The notes under the pieces: model-generated
What the model was told of the DNA's origin: nothing
What the model saw: the letters and a program-made list of their open reading frames with translations, nothing else
Database searches by the model: none
Translations under genes and position numbers: made by a program
Part shown: positions 9,281 to 19,800 of the stretch, one piece after another
How positions within the stretch are numbered: position 1 is the first letter of the stretch
Layout: each line of letters starts with the position of its first letter
Origin: Wigglesworthia glossinidia endosymbiont of Glossina morsitans morsitans (Yale colony)
GTDB taxonomy: Bacteria > Pseudomonadota > Gammaproteobacteria > Enterobacterales > Enterobacteriaceae
Direction of reading: 5' to 3'
Assembly: GCF_000247565.1 (NCBI RefSeq)
Contig: NC_016893.1
Location: 510,001 to 542,000, forward strand
Length of the DNA stretch: 32,000 bases

Positions 9281-10637
9281 AGTTTTTCATTATTAAGAAT
9301 AAAAAAATTATATTTAAGTTGATTTAAAAAAATGTTAATTTACATTAAAATTTATTTTAAAGATTAAAAATTTTTTATCAAATGATTTTAATAAAATTTA
9401 AATTATTTTGTATAAAATTTTTTATCAAGAATTATTGAAATTCATTGAGATAAGAATTTTTATATATTTTTTGATTTAAATATACAGCAGATGTATAGAT
9501 TTTAGTTTTTTAATTAAAAATTTTTCAAGAATATTTTTCATAATTTAATAATGTTAATTTATAAAATCTAAAAAAAAATTTTAATTTTTATAAAAATTTA
9601 TATTTTTAAATAAATTTAAATTATTTTCTATTATGAAAACAATCATATATGAAAAATAAGTTTTTTTGCTAAATTTTTTTACATAAAAGAATAAAATATT
9701 CTATAAATAAAGTTAAAATTTTGAATTTTTTAGTTGGTTAAAAAATATTGATAAATTTTTTTTTGTATCTGTCTAAAAAAATATTTATTTTTATTAAAAA
9801 TTGTTTTTCACAAAATTTGTGCAGTAATTTATAGATATACATTTTTTAATTTAATTTTATTTTTCGTAAATTAAATATTAAAAAATTAAATTTTAATTTT
9901 TCATATTAAAATATAACTTAAAAATATTGATTTTATAAGTTTAATACATGATAGTAAATCTTTATAAATATATGATAATTAATTTTTTTATATAATTATT
10001 TATATTGAAAAAATCTATGATTTTTTAATAAAAAATAAAATTTATCTTTTATAAGATTAAATGAATTTTTAAAATTTTTATTTTTTTTGAATCAATTTTG
10101 TGTACATTTAAAAAAAATTGTTATTTTATTTTTTGATAATGTATAATTTTTTTTAAAAAAATTATATATTAAAAATTTTATATTTAATAAAACATTTAAA
10201 TTTTTTTCTTTAATAAATATTTATAATTAATTTTTTTAAAAATCAAAAAATATTTTGATTATTATCAATTTAACTTAAGTTACATCTTGATATTTTAATA
10301 TAAAATAATGTTCTATTTTAGTTTTCACATTAAATTAAATTTATTTTTTTGCAAAATATTTTAATTATTTTTGATAATAAATAAAAAACTTAAATTATAT
10401 ATTTATTTCTATTAATATTTTTCTATAAAAATAAATTTAATTTACATTAATTAGAATAAATTTACAAATTCAATTCATAATTTATTTTTTATTTAAAATT
10501 GTATTTGATGACATCAGACGAAGAACTTGAAATATTGTTATTTTTTATTTTAAATATAGATCATTGAAATGTTTTTTTTACTTTCATGTCATAATTTCTT
10601 AATTATTAAAATTTTTAAAATTTTAAAAATAAAATTT

Positions 10638-11357
10638 TTATACAAAATTTTTCAGATATATTAAATTTGAAATTTCGAAATGCGGCAGTACTCTTGCATC
10701 TTTAGAAGATAACAAACTTTTATTGTATATATTTAACCAGCAAGCCTGCATTCCATAATTTATTGCTCCAAGCACATCTGTGTTTAAGCTATCTCCAACA
10801 TGTAAAATTTCGTTTGGTAATAAATTTAATTTTTTTGCTGCTAAATCATACATATTTACATATGGCTTAGGTGGTCCATTTACACCAGATCTAAAAATTT
10901 CAAAAAAATATTGATTAATATTACATTCTTTCATATTCATATCGCCATTTGTAATCGCAATTAATGGCAATTTAGCGCTAAGTGATTTTAATATATAATG
11001 TGTATCTGTTGATATATTAATTTGGTTTCTCCAAAAATTTACTAAACTCATAGCTTGACGGGAAATTATTATTGCTAATTGAGATTGTACTCCAAAACTT
11101 TTTATAGATAACAGTATTGATTGTCGTCTCCAATCGTTAATATTAAAATAAATTTTTGGATATTTTAATAAAATCTTTTTTCGATAAAATTGATAATTTT
11201 TATGAGTAAATTTTAATAGTTTAGGATGTGATTGATTTAAAAAATGTATTAATTTTTTTTCAGCACGTTTAATAACGGGTCTATTATCGTACAAAGTGTC
11301 GTCTAAATCAAAGGTTAGCGCTTTAAAAGGTTGAATTAAACGATAAAAATATATCAT
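10638..11357 (-). CDS. yigB: HAD-family phosphatase YigB (5-amino-6-(5-phospho-D-ribitylamino)uracil phosphatase, riboflavin pathway)
   Basis: ALTFDLDDTLYDNRPVI is HAD motif I and is identical in context to E. coli YigB. LIAITNG, HVGDSLNTDVLGA and MQACW are also present. Synteny with dapF is conserved. Confidence 0.82.
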   Translation of the reverse strand: MIYFYRLIQPFKALTFDLDDTLYDNRPVIKRAEKKLIHFLNQSHPKLLKFTHKNYQFYRKKILLKYPKIYFNINDWRRQSILLSIKSFGVQSQLAIIISRQAMSLVNFWRNQINISTDTHYILKSLSAKLPLIAITNGDMNMKECNINQYFFEIFRSGVNGPPKPYVNMYDLAAKKLNLLPNEILHVGDSLNTDVLGAINYGMQACWLNIYNKSLLSSKDARVLPHFEISNLIYLKNFV

Positions 11358-11455
11358 ACTTAAATAAGTTTAATAATTTAATTATTAAATTTATTATATG
11401 CTTATTTAATATATCCGTAAATTAAATTTTTTAAAAAAATTTATTTATATTATAT

Positions 11456-12289
11456 TTAAAAAATATATCCTTCATAAATATGTTCTGCAGGACCTATAAT
11501 TGAAATTAAATTTAAATCGTTTTTCCAAGATACTTGTAAATTTCCACGTAAAAAGTTTACTGTCACTATATGATTTAATTTTTTAAGATGAATTCCTACT
11601 GCGACTGTAGCTGCAGCAGCACTACCGCAGCAATATGTGCTGCCAACGCCTCGTTCATATACTCTAAGTTCAATATTGTTAAAATTTATTATCCGTGAAA
11701 AGCTAACATTCACTACATTTGGAAATAAGATGTATTTACTTAATATTGGAGCAATTTTTTTTATTATATATAGCTCAAAATTTTTGACAAATATTACACA
11801 GTGTAAATTTTCTACGTAAACAATATGATATACAATTTTTTTTTTCAAAAAACCAAAATATTTTTGGTACATACTGATATGATAATTTTTCAGAATATTC
11901 GCGTTAATTTTTTTAAATTTCGGCGAATTTATACGTACACAAATTAATTTTTGATTTATTAATGATGCATGTGACTTATTATAATGTGTTCCGATACAAA
12001 TTTTATTTTTTTGTGTGAAATTTTTTAAATGTAAAAATTTAAAAACGCAACGTATTCCATTAATACATTGCACGGCTTCAGAAGCATCTGAGTTAAAAAT
12101 ACGAATATAGAAATCTATTTTTTCATCATAAGATTGCATCACTATAATTAATTGATCAAATCCAATTCCGGAATATCGATTAGACAATTGAACTATTCTG
12201 TTTTTTGATAAATTTACTTTTTGATTAATAGCATCTATTAAAATAAAATCATTACCTATACTGTGCATTTTTGAAAACTTCATGTTCAT
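11456..12289 (-). CDS. dapF: Diaminopimelate epimerase
   Basis: MKFSKMHSIGNDFILID. Both catalytic Cys contexts are retained (QCINGIRC and CCGSAAAA, versus E. coli QCGNGARC and ACGSGACA). The true start may be the ATG at 12283. Confidence 0.88.
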   Translation of the reverse strand: MNMKFSKMHSIGNDFILIDAINQKVNLSKNRIVQLSNRYSGIGFDQLIIVMQSYDEKIDFYIRIFNSDASEAVQCINGIRCVFKFLHLKNFTQKNKICIGTHYNKSHASLINQKLICVRINSPKFKKINANILKNYHISMYQKYFGFLKKKIVYHIVYVENLHCVIFVKNFELYIIKKIAPILSKYILFPNVVNVSFSRIINFNNIELRVYERGVGSTYCCGSAAAATVAVGIHLKKLNHIVTVNFLRGNLQVSWKNDLNLISIIGPAEHIYEGYIF

Positions 12290-12496
12290 ATAAAATTTTA
12301 AATTAAAATTTTATAAATATTAACATAAATAAGATTATTTTGTATTTTATTTAAAATAAAAAATTAAATTTAATTATATAAAAAAAATTTTAAATTTATA
12401 TTTTTTATCTAAAATTAAAAGTTTATTTTAATTAAATAAATTTTATATTTTTATACATTTAATCAATGCATAAGATAACATAAAAATTAATGTAAA

Positions 12497-13597
12497 TTAA
12501 AATTTATAACTCATTTTTAATCCAAAATCATTATTTTTTTGAATATTACTAGTATTTATTTGATTATATTTTAAAAGATAGTGTACTAATATTTCGATAT
12601 TTTCATTAATAAATATTGACGTTCCCATAACAATATTTTTTTCTTGAATTTTATTTAAAATATTATTGTCAATTGAATTTATTTTAGAATTTAAATATCC
12701 CCAAAATGGATAAATCTTAGAATTTATATTGTAACTCGATATGAATTCGAAACTTTCACTATTAGATAATACTTTTTCGTGTATTAAAAAAATTTTATTT
12801 ATTTTATTATCAAAATTAAGATGCCATTTTTTACCATATAAAATAGCTAAATAAACTGGAGCTTTTTCGTATTTCATACCTAAAGAAAAAAATTGACTAT
12901 GATATTTTTTTACATTATTTATTAGTGTGTAAGTCGCATAGTTTTTTAAATACGAGCTTACAAAATTTAAATCGCTATTTTGAAATCGATATAAAATCGA
13001 TGCTCCATAAGAATTGTTATTAATATTTTTAATATTGTCTTGAACTTTTATAAAATTACTATTCCAGGAAAATATACGTTGTAAAGAAAATGTTAATCCT
13101 GGAAAAAAATTATATAAATTTTTGTTACGATATGTCAATATTTTTGCAGGATAAGATCCTAATATAACGTTTTTGAACGTAAAATATTTATCGAATGATG
13201 GTATATTTTTTATATAGTCAGATACATCATTTAGTACAGTTCGACTTTTCCCGTATTCGATAGTATTTTCCTGAAAATTTGTACTAAATACATTTGAAGA
13301 TATGTTATTTTCAAAAAATAAATTATCAGAATATTTATTTTTAAATGGTGTATGTTCTATTTTCCAAAAACTAGATATAGTTTCATTAAATTTTAATTTA
13401 TATAAAATTCCGTATGTTATAAAAATTTTTTGTTTATTGTTTTCTTTTTTAAAAAGATTATGATCGCTATAGATTTTTCCATATAAAAATATTTCAGGGT
13501 TTTTTTTCAAAAAAATTTCACTAGCAGATAAATATTGATTTTTTAAACAAAAAATAATAATTATTATAATAATTTGAAATATTTTATTTTTTTTCAT
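12497..13597 (-). CDS. Outer-membrane general porin, OmpF/OmpC family (highly diverged)
   Basis: A signal peptide ends in ...LSASEIF. LYGKIY, TYRNKN...GL.F, LGMKYEKAPVYLAILYG and the C-terminal ...GLKMSYKF with terminal Phe align with E. coli OmpF blocks LYGKAV, TYRNSNFFGLVDGLNF, GLKYDANNIYLAANYG and VGIVYQF. Confidence 0.78.
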   Translation of the reverse strand: MKKNKIFQIIIIIIIFCLKNQYLSASEIFLKKNPEIFLYGKIYSDHNLFKKENNKQKIFITYGILYKLKFNETISSFWKIEHTPFKNKYSDNLFFENNISSNVFSTNFQENTIEYGKSRTVLNDVSDYIKNIPSFDKYFTFKNVILGSYPAKILTYRNKNLYNFFPGLTFSLQRIFSWNSNFIKVQDNIKNINNNSYGASILYRFQNSDLNFVSSYLKNYATYTLINNVKKYHSQFFSLGMKYEKAPVYLAILYGKKWHLNFDNKINKIFLIHEKVLSNSESFEFISSYNINSKIYPFWGYLNSKINSIDNNILNKIQEKNIVMGTSIFINENIEILVHYLLKYNQINTSNIQKNNDFGLKMSYKF

Positions 13598-13708
13598 AAT
13601 TTTTAAATGGTTTAATTTATATAGTTAAAAAATTTAATTTTAATTAATTTTTAAATTTCTTTTATATCATATTTAATTGATAAAACAATGTATTAAGAAT
13701 TTATATAT

Positions 13709-14551
13709 TTATTTATTAAATAAATACAATTGTATTCCATGAAAAATAGCTTCTGCAATTTTTTGTTGATAATATGGATTATTTAATTTCATTTCTTCTT
13801 GTAAATTGCTAATAAATGCTAATTCTATTAAAATAGATGGAATTTCTGGATATTTTAGTACTGCAAATCCGGCATAATTCAAAGTATTTTTATGTAATTT
13901 AGTTATTTTTCCAAGAGAATTTAAAATTTTATTTCCAAATTTGAAGCTTTCATACATTGTAGAATTTTGCAATAAATCAAACATAGTATTATCTAGATAA
14001 TAATCACCGCTGCTTGGTATTCCTATAAATTTTTTTATAGAATATTTTGTATTTAATAAATGTTTTTCTGCAACATTTATTGCACTTTTTTTAGACAAGA
14101 TAAATACAGAAGCACCTTGAGCTAATTTATTTTTTACTGAATTAGTATGAATCGAAATAAACAAATCTATTTTTTTACGACGTGCTTCAAGAATTCGATG
14201 TTTTAAAGAAACAAATATGTCTTTATTTCTAGTCATATAAACTTTGATATAACTTTTTTTTTGTATTATGGACTGTAAACGTTGAGAAACTTGCAATACA
14301 ATATTTTTTTCATAAGTATTATTTTTACCAATTGCACCTGGATCTTCACCTCCGTGTCCTGGATCAATCATAATTTTGAATATTTTTTTATAATTTAATT
14401 GATATTGTTTATTATTTAAACTTGTTTTTGTTTTTTTTGAATTCAAGTAATTTATTAAATCCGAGATAATTTTATTACGTTTTTCTATATTTAGATTTTT
14501 ATTTTGATTGATATTGACAATTAACTTATTTTTTTTTTGAATATATAACAT
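13709..14551 (-). CDS. amiB: N-acetylmuramoyl-L-alanine amidase, catalytic (Amidase_3) part; 3' fragment of a frame-split amiB
   Basis: IMIDPGHGGEDPGAIGKNNTYEKN, ISIHTNS and SILIELAFISN carry all four Zn/catalytic positions of the Amidase_3 fold. As annotated it has no signal peptide of its own. Confidence 0.85.
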   Translation of the reverse strand: MLYIQKKNKLIVNINQNKNLNIEKRNKIISDLINYLNSKKTKTSLNNKQYQLNYKKIFKIMIDPGHGGEDPGAIGKNNTYEKNIVLQVSQRLQSIIQKKSYIKVYMTRNKDIFVSLKHRILEARRKKIDLFISIHTNSVKNKLAQGASVFILSKKSAINVAEKHLLNTKYSIKKFIGIPSSGDYYLDNTMFDLLQNSTMYESFKFGNKILNSLGKITKLHKNTLNYAGFAVLKYPEIPSILIELAFISNLQEEMKLNNPYYQQKIAEAIFHGIQLYLFNK

Positions 14552-14921
14552 TTACTGCAGAAAAATTTTGTAATTCTAATACCAGACGAATGATGTTCTT
14601 TTTAAATATCCCAAATCGAATTAACTTAATATAAACCGAGTATAAATTTTCTTTTTTTAATGATTTAAAATTATTAATTGAAAAATTTGAATTTTTAAAA
14701 TCAATAACAAAACGATATGGATTTTGCAAAAAAAAATACGAATAATTTATATGATATTTAGATTGAAATATTATTTGTGTTTTATCTTTAAGATTTTTTA
14801 TAGTAATATCAAAAAACAAATTTTGATTATTTTTTTCCAAGGCAATAGCAATATTTTTAAAACACAAAATTAACCAAAAAATAATTAATAAACTAATTTT
14901 TATTTTTTTATCATGAAACAT
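14526..14921 (-). CDS. amiB: Amidase N-terminal part (signal peptide plus AMIN targeting domain); 5' fragment of the frame-split amiB
   Basis: The signal-like segment is KISLLIIFWLILCFKNIAIA. DITIKNLKDKTQIIF...RFVIDFKN...IRLVLEL aligns with the E. coli AmiB AMIN domain (DIQVSNGNQQARITL...VALDIKQ...LRLVVDL). The fragment ends in SKKK-stop inside an A10 run and overlaps the catalytic ORF by 26 nt in another frame. Confidence 0.8.
   Translation of the reverse strand: MFHDKKIKISLLIIFWLILCFKNIAIALEKNNQNLFFDITIKNLKDKTQIIFQSKYHINYSYFFLQNPYRFVIDFKNSNFSINNFKSLKKENLYSVYIKLIRFGIFKKNIIRLVLELQNFSAVNVIYSKKK
14529..14538 (-). repeat. A10 homopolymer (T10 on the + strand) at the amiB frame break
   Basis: Direct reading of the reverse strand gives ...gtt ata tat tca aaa aaa aaa taa, versus the downstream frame atg tta tat att caa aaa aaa aat aag. 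Removing one A (A9) joins the frames: ...VIYSKKNKLIVNINQ... Confidence 0.95.
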
Positions 14922-14971
14922 TTTGACTTGTAACGAGAATATTGAATTTATTAAATTTTTACTTGATATCT

Positions 14972-16807
14972 TTATAAGATACCAACTTTTTTATATGCAG
15001 AATGTAAAAAAGATCTCTTCAAAGAATTATTAAAGTCATATATGATAACTTTTTTTCTAACTTGCAATAAAGTTGTATATAAAAATTCATGAGCAATGTT
15101 AGATGAAATGGAATGTGAGAGTAGTATGATAGCATTATCTAGAGTAATAGATAAGTCTAAAAAATCTTTTATGTACAAAATAAATGCAGGTTGCAAATTT
15201 ACAAACATATTGCAATTAAATTTTTTAAATTTTTTGTTTTTATAAAAATATACATAACTTTTTGGATAATTTTCAATTATAATCCCAATATCATTTTTAT
15301 ATATATCTAGCAAAGAATAATCTATTTTAGATATTACTAATCTTCCTGTATATAAGTTACGTTTTATCGATAAATTATATTTGTAAAATAAATAATTTTT
15401 CAACATATTTTCAATAATATAATTTAATTTATATACTCCCAAATAATTATATTTAGATGTGCAGATTACTCTAAATTTTGTTACTGAATAATTTAAAATA
15501 TAATTTATATTATGAAAATTTTTTTTAATTTTATTAAAAAATTTAACATAATTTAAAAAAATTTTATTTATCATATCTTGACAATCTAATTGATTTTTTA
15601 AAAGAACATATTTAACACCTTTATAGATATTTTTGTTTATAAAACTCAAAATTTCATGAGAATATTTAATTTTAATTAATTTTGCTAAATAGTTAATGTT
15701 AGGACATATTTTGTGCTTTTTAAAGTTCTTAATTATTAATATATTACCTAAATTATTTATAATAGCAGGAGTATTTAATTTTTCTATAGAAAATATGTTT
15801 TCATTTAATATTTTAGTAAATTTTGGTTTATAAAATAATTTTTTTGAATTTTTACAGTATGTATATATTTGAGAGAGAATTGATCCTTTTTCTATATTTT
15901 TAAAATTAGAATGATTTCCAATAAATACAATTTTGCTTGTATTTTTTTTATATACGTTAATAATATCATTGATAACGGATAAATTAATCATAGAAATATC
16001 ATAAATAATCATAAAATCACAATATATAGGATAGTAACGATAAGAAACAAAATCTTGATTGTAATAATATGAATTTAATAATTCATAAAGCACAATACAA
16101 TTTATAGAAAAATTATTTTTTAAATATTTTTTTTTTAAGTATCTTATTTGTTTATTAAAAAAAACTAAAGATCTTTTATTTAAAGTTACTAATATTAAAT
16201 GACAATAGTTTGTAGAATTTAATTCTAAAAAAATTGATAAAATATCAAAAATAAAATATTTTTTATTAAGTGCTTTTTCTCCTAATATCCATGCAGGACT
16301 ATAATTGCATATATTCAAAATCGATTGAATTTTCCAAAAATTATTTTTTTTATTAGTTATATATTTATTAAAAAAATTGAAAATTATTTTATTTTTTTTA
16401 TTACTACATGGAAAATAAAAACGAGTATATAAAAATTTTTTAAAATTTACTTCATTTTTCCATGTATTATATAAATATAATTTTTGTTTAAATAAAACAA
16501 TAGGTCTGTAATTAAAAAAATGACCAACTATTTTCGATTGAAAAAGTTTATTTTCCCATTGTTTTATAGTATTTACTTTTCCATGTACTTCCCATAGTAT
16601 ATCTAGTTCATGTTTTTTAAATAATTTTTTTAAAGTATATAAAGATAAATAAGAATTTCCTAATCTGTTTTCTGCGCTTAAAAAAGCGCTAGCTAAAATT
16701 AAATAAGGTTCTTTTTCTATATTAATGGATAATGAAAATTGTATGTCTAAAGAATTTAATACTTCAATTTTTTGTAATTTTAAAAAAATTTTTTTGATAA
16801 TTTTCAT
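14972..16807 (-). CDS. recD: RecBCD subunit RecD homolog with degenerate ATPase/helicase motifs
   Basis: It is collinear with E. coli RecD: [135 protein letters not shown]. It sits immediately downstream of recB. No canonical P-loop is present (see findings). Confidence 0.8.
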   Translation of the reverse strand: [611 protein letters not shown]

Positions 16808-16840
16808 AATAAATTTTAATTAAATTAAAGTATATATGAA

Positions 16841-19800
16841 TCATTTTTTTATAAGAAATAAATTATCAATACTATTTACTAATTTGAAATTAGGTTTCAA
16901 AAAATATATTCCATGTTGATTTTTAAAAGATTTTTTACTTATACCTCGTAAAAAAAGATAATATATTCCTCCAAAATGTTGATTATATTCATATTTTTTT
17001 AATCTATTTTTTAAATATCTATGCAATGCTAATGTATACATCTGATACTGCAAATCATATCTATACTTTACCATCTCTTTTTCCATAGAATTCAAACTAT
17101 ATGATTCATCATTGCTTCCTAACCAATTAGATTTATAATCTATAAAATAATATTTTTTTTTCCATAAAAAAATTAAATCTATTGCACCAGTCAACATACC
17201 TATAACACCATCAATATTTTTAATATTTGAACATTTTTGAGAAATTGAATCATATTTTTTAATTAAAAAATTAAATTTTTTAGCATTTATTTTAGAATTT
17301 ATAGAAAGAAAAAATTTTAACTCAGTAAGTTTTTTACTTGAACTTATTGTTGCTAAAAATAGTTCTTGATTATTTAAAGGTATATGTAAAATACTATTTA
17401 TCCATTGCATAATATTTTCTGACAAAGATACATCAATTTCGTATTTTATAAGATTATCTTTAATTAGATTCATATTTAATGGTTTCTGAAAATCAATTAA
17501 TTCAAATATTTTATGTACAAATTTTCCAAATTTTTTTCCTCTAGGTAATTCATGAGGAGAAAAATTATTGTTTTTATTTTTTACAATTAAGCTTAAATTT
17601 TTTAATGTAAAAGAAGGATCTTTTTTAAAGTCTGAATAACTAATAATTTTCCAAGAATTTACAACATTTCTATTCCATGAAATATCTTTTAATTGATTAA
17701 AATTTATTACAGGATTTATTGATAATTTTTTAGATTGCATTAATATTGAATTAATCATAATATCTCCATTAGAAATGGTAGAAAGATTTTGTAAATTTTT
17801 TTTTAAAAAATCAAAATCTCCTTCTTTTCTTTTTTGTACTAGATATCCTATTGGAGTTAAATGTGTTTGATTAAATCGATTTTTATTATTTCCTTTAAAC
17901 AATACAGATATTCCTACACTGCAATGATAAATGGAACGTGTTAAAGCAACATATGTCAATCTTAAATCTTCTGATAATCGTTCTTGTTCGGTAAGTTTTT
18001 TATTTCTTAAATTTTTATTTAAATCTAATATTAATTGATGCGTATTTTTGTTATGAAATAAAACATAATCTTTTTTACGAAAATTTAATAAAAAAGGCAA
18101 AAAAACAATTGGAAACTCTAAACCTTTAGCTTTAAAAATTGTCATAATTTTGATTATTTTTTGATTATTTTCAACAGGTATTTTATAATTTGTATTTTGT
18201 GTTTCAGGTAAATTGATTTGATTTGATATCCACAATAATAAAGATAGTTTACTTGTAATATTTTTTGAAATTTCTTGCAATATTTCCGCAATATGTAATA
18301 TGTTATTTATAGATTTTTTATTTACTCCATAATAAATATGTTTAAATTTAAAAATTTCAAATGTAATAAATCTATTTAACATTAATTTGATTCCATATTT
18401 CTTCCACATATCTCTATAGAATAAAAATTTTTGATAATATTCATAATATTTTGAAGTTGCTTTACGTTTGTATATTTGCTTTATATTAAATCCTAATAGT
18501 CGTGTAGATAATGACTTTCTCAGGAAATCACTATTTTCTGCATATAGAATACCTTCTAGTATTTGTAATACTTCTTGAGCTTCACGAGTATGAAAGATAC
18601 TATTACTATCTGATAAATATGCGTTAGGAATAGACAATTTATCGCACGCTTCTTGCATAAAATTAGCTTCATTTCGATTACGTACTAATACCGTGATATC
18701 CGAAGCAGTTAAATTACAAATAGTATTTTTTTTTGTAAAAAATGTATGTTCTTTTTGAGCAAGATGAATAAGATTTTTAATTTTTATTGCATATTGATTT
18801 GCCATATAATTTTGATAATCTTTTAAATTCATATTTTTATATGGACAATGTAAAAATTCTAATGAAGGTTGCACTTGATTTTTTTTAATAAAATTTAAAG
18901 TATAGTTATACTGTGTAGATTCAATTCTATTATATTTAATATATTTGAATATAAATGGATTGCTAATTTGTTGAAATAAGCAATTGACGGCGTTTATCAT
19001 ACCTGCTGAAGAACGCCAATTTTTTTTCAATGAATAACATATTTTAATTTTTTTTTTTATTTGAATATATGTGAAAATGTCTGCACCTCGAAATCCATAT
19101 ATTGCTTGTTTCGGATCTCCTATTAATATTAAAGCGCACATATTTTGTCGATGATATATTTTAAAAAATATTTTATATTGAATTTTATTAGTATCTTGAA
19201 ATTCATCAATCATAGCAACTGGGTAATAATGTCGAATAACTTCAGCTAAATGATACGATTTATATAATGCGGATTTTAATAATTTCAACAAATCATCAAA
19301 TTCTAATTTTTCTTGGGCGTATTTTTCTTTTTTAATTTTTTTACGTATTATTATTATTACTTGAATAAATATTAATTGTTTAAATTTTTTTATATATGAA
19401 TACGCGTGATTTAATTTTTTAAAAAATATTATATGGAATATTTTCATATAACAGGAATTAATTGTATTTAGATAAAATTTAATCTTTTCAAATTCTACTG
19501 GAATATGAAGATCTTGCGTACGTTTAATTGACCATGTATCTATATTTTTAATATACATATCTAACTTTTTGTATTTTTTATCAGAAAATATTTTAAAATC
19601 AATTTTGCACAAAATTTTATTTTTTATTTTTTTCCAGATTTTTTTCAGTTGATTAATTTTATTAACGTGTATGTAATAAAAATTTTCAATTGATTGCATG
19701 TAATCAATTGAATCTAAGATTATAGGAATATCTCCTTTGATAAAAGGAAGTGCATCTTTTAACAGAGATTGAGGTGTTTTCCATAAATTAAAAATAATAC

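Noticed and set aside
9281-10637. Repeated words in the long spacer, for example aaaattttttatcaa at about 9368 and 9415, and aatgttaattta at about 9331 and 9550. These might suggest a repeat array, a CRISPR-like array or iterons.
   Set aside because: The copies are short (12-15 nt), irregularly spaced and imperfect beyond the core, in roughly 90% AT low-complexity DNA where such coincidences are expected. There is no repeat-spacer periodicity.
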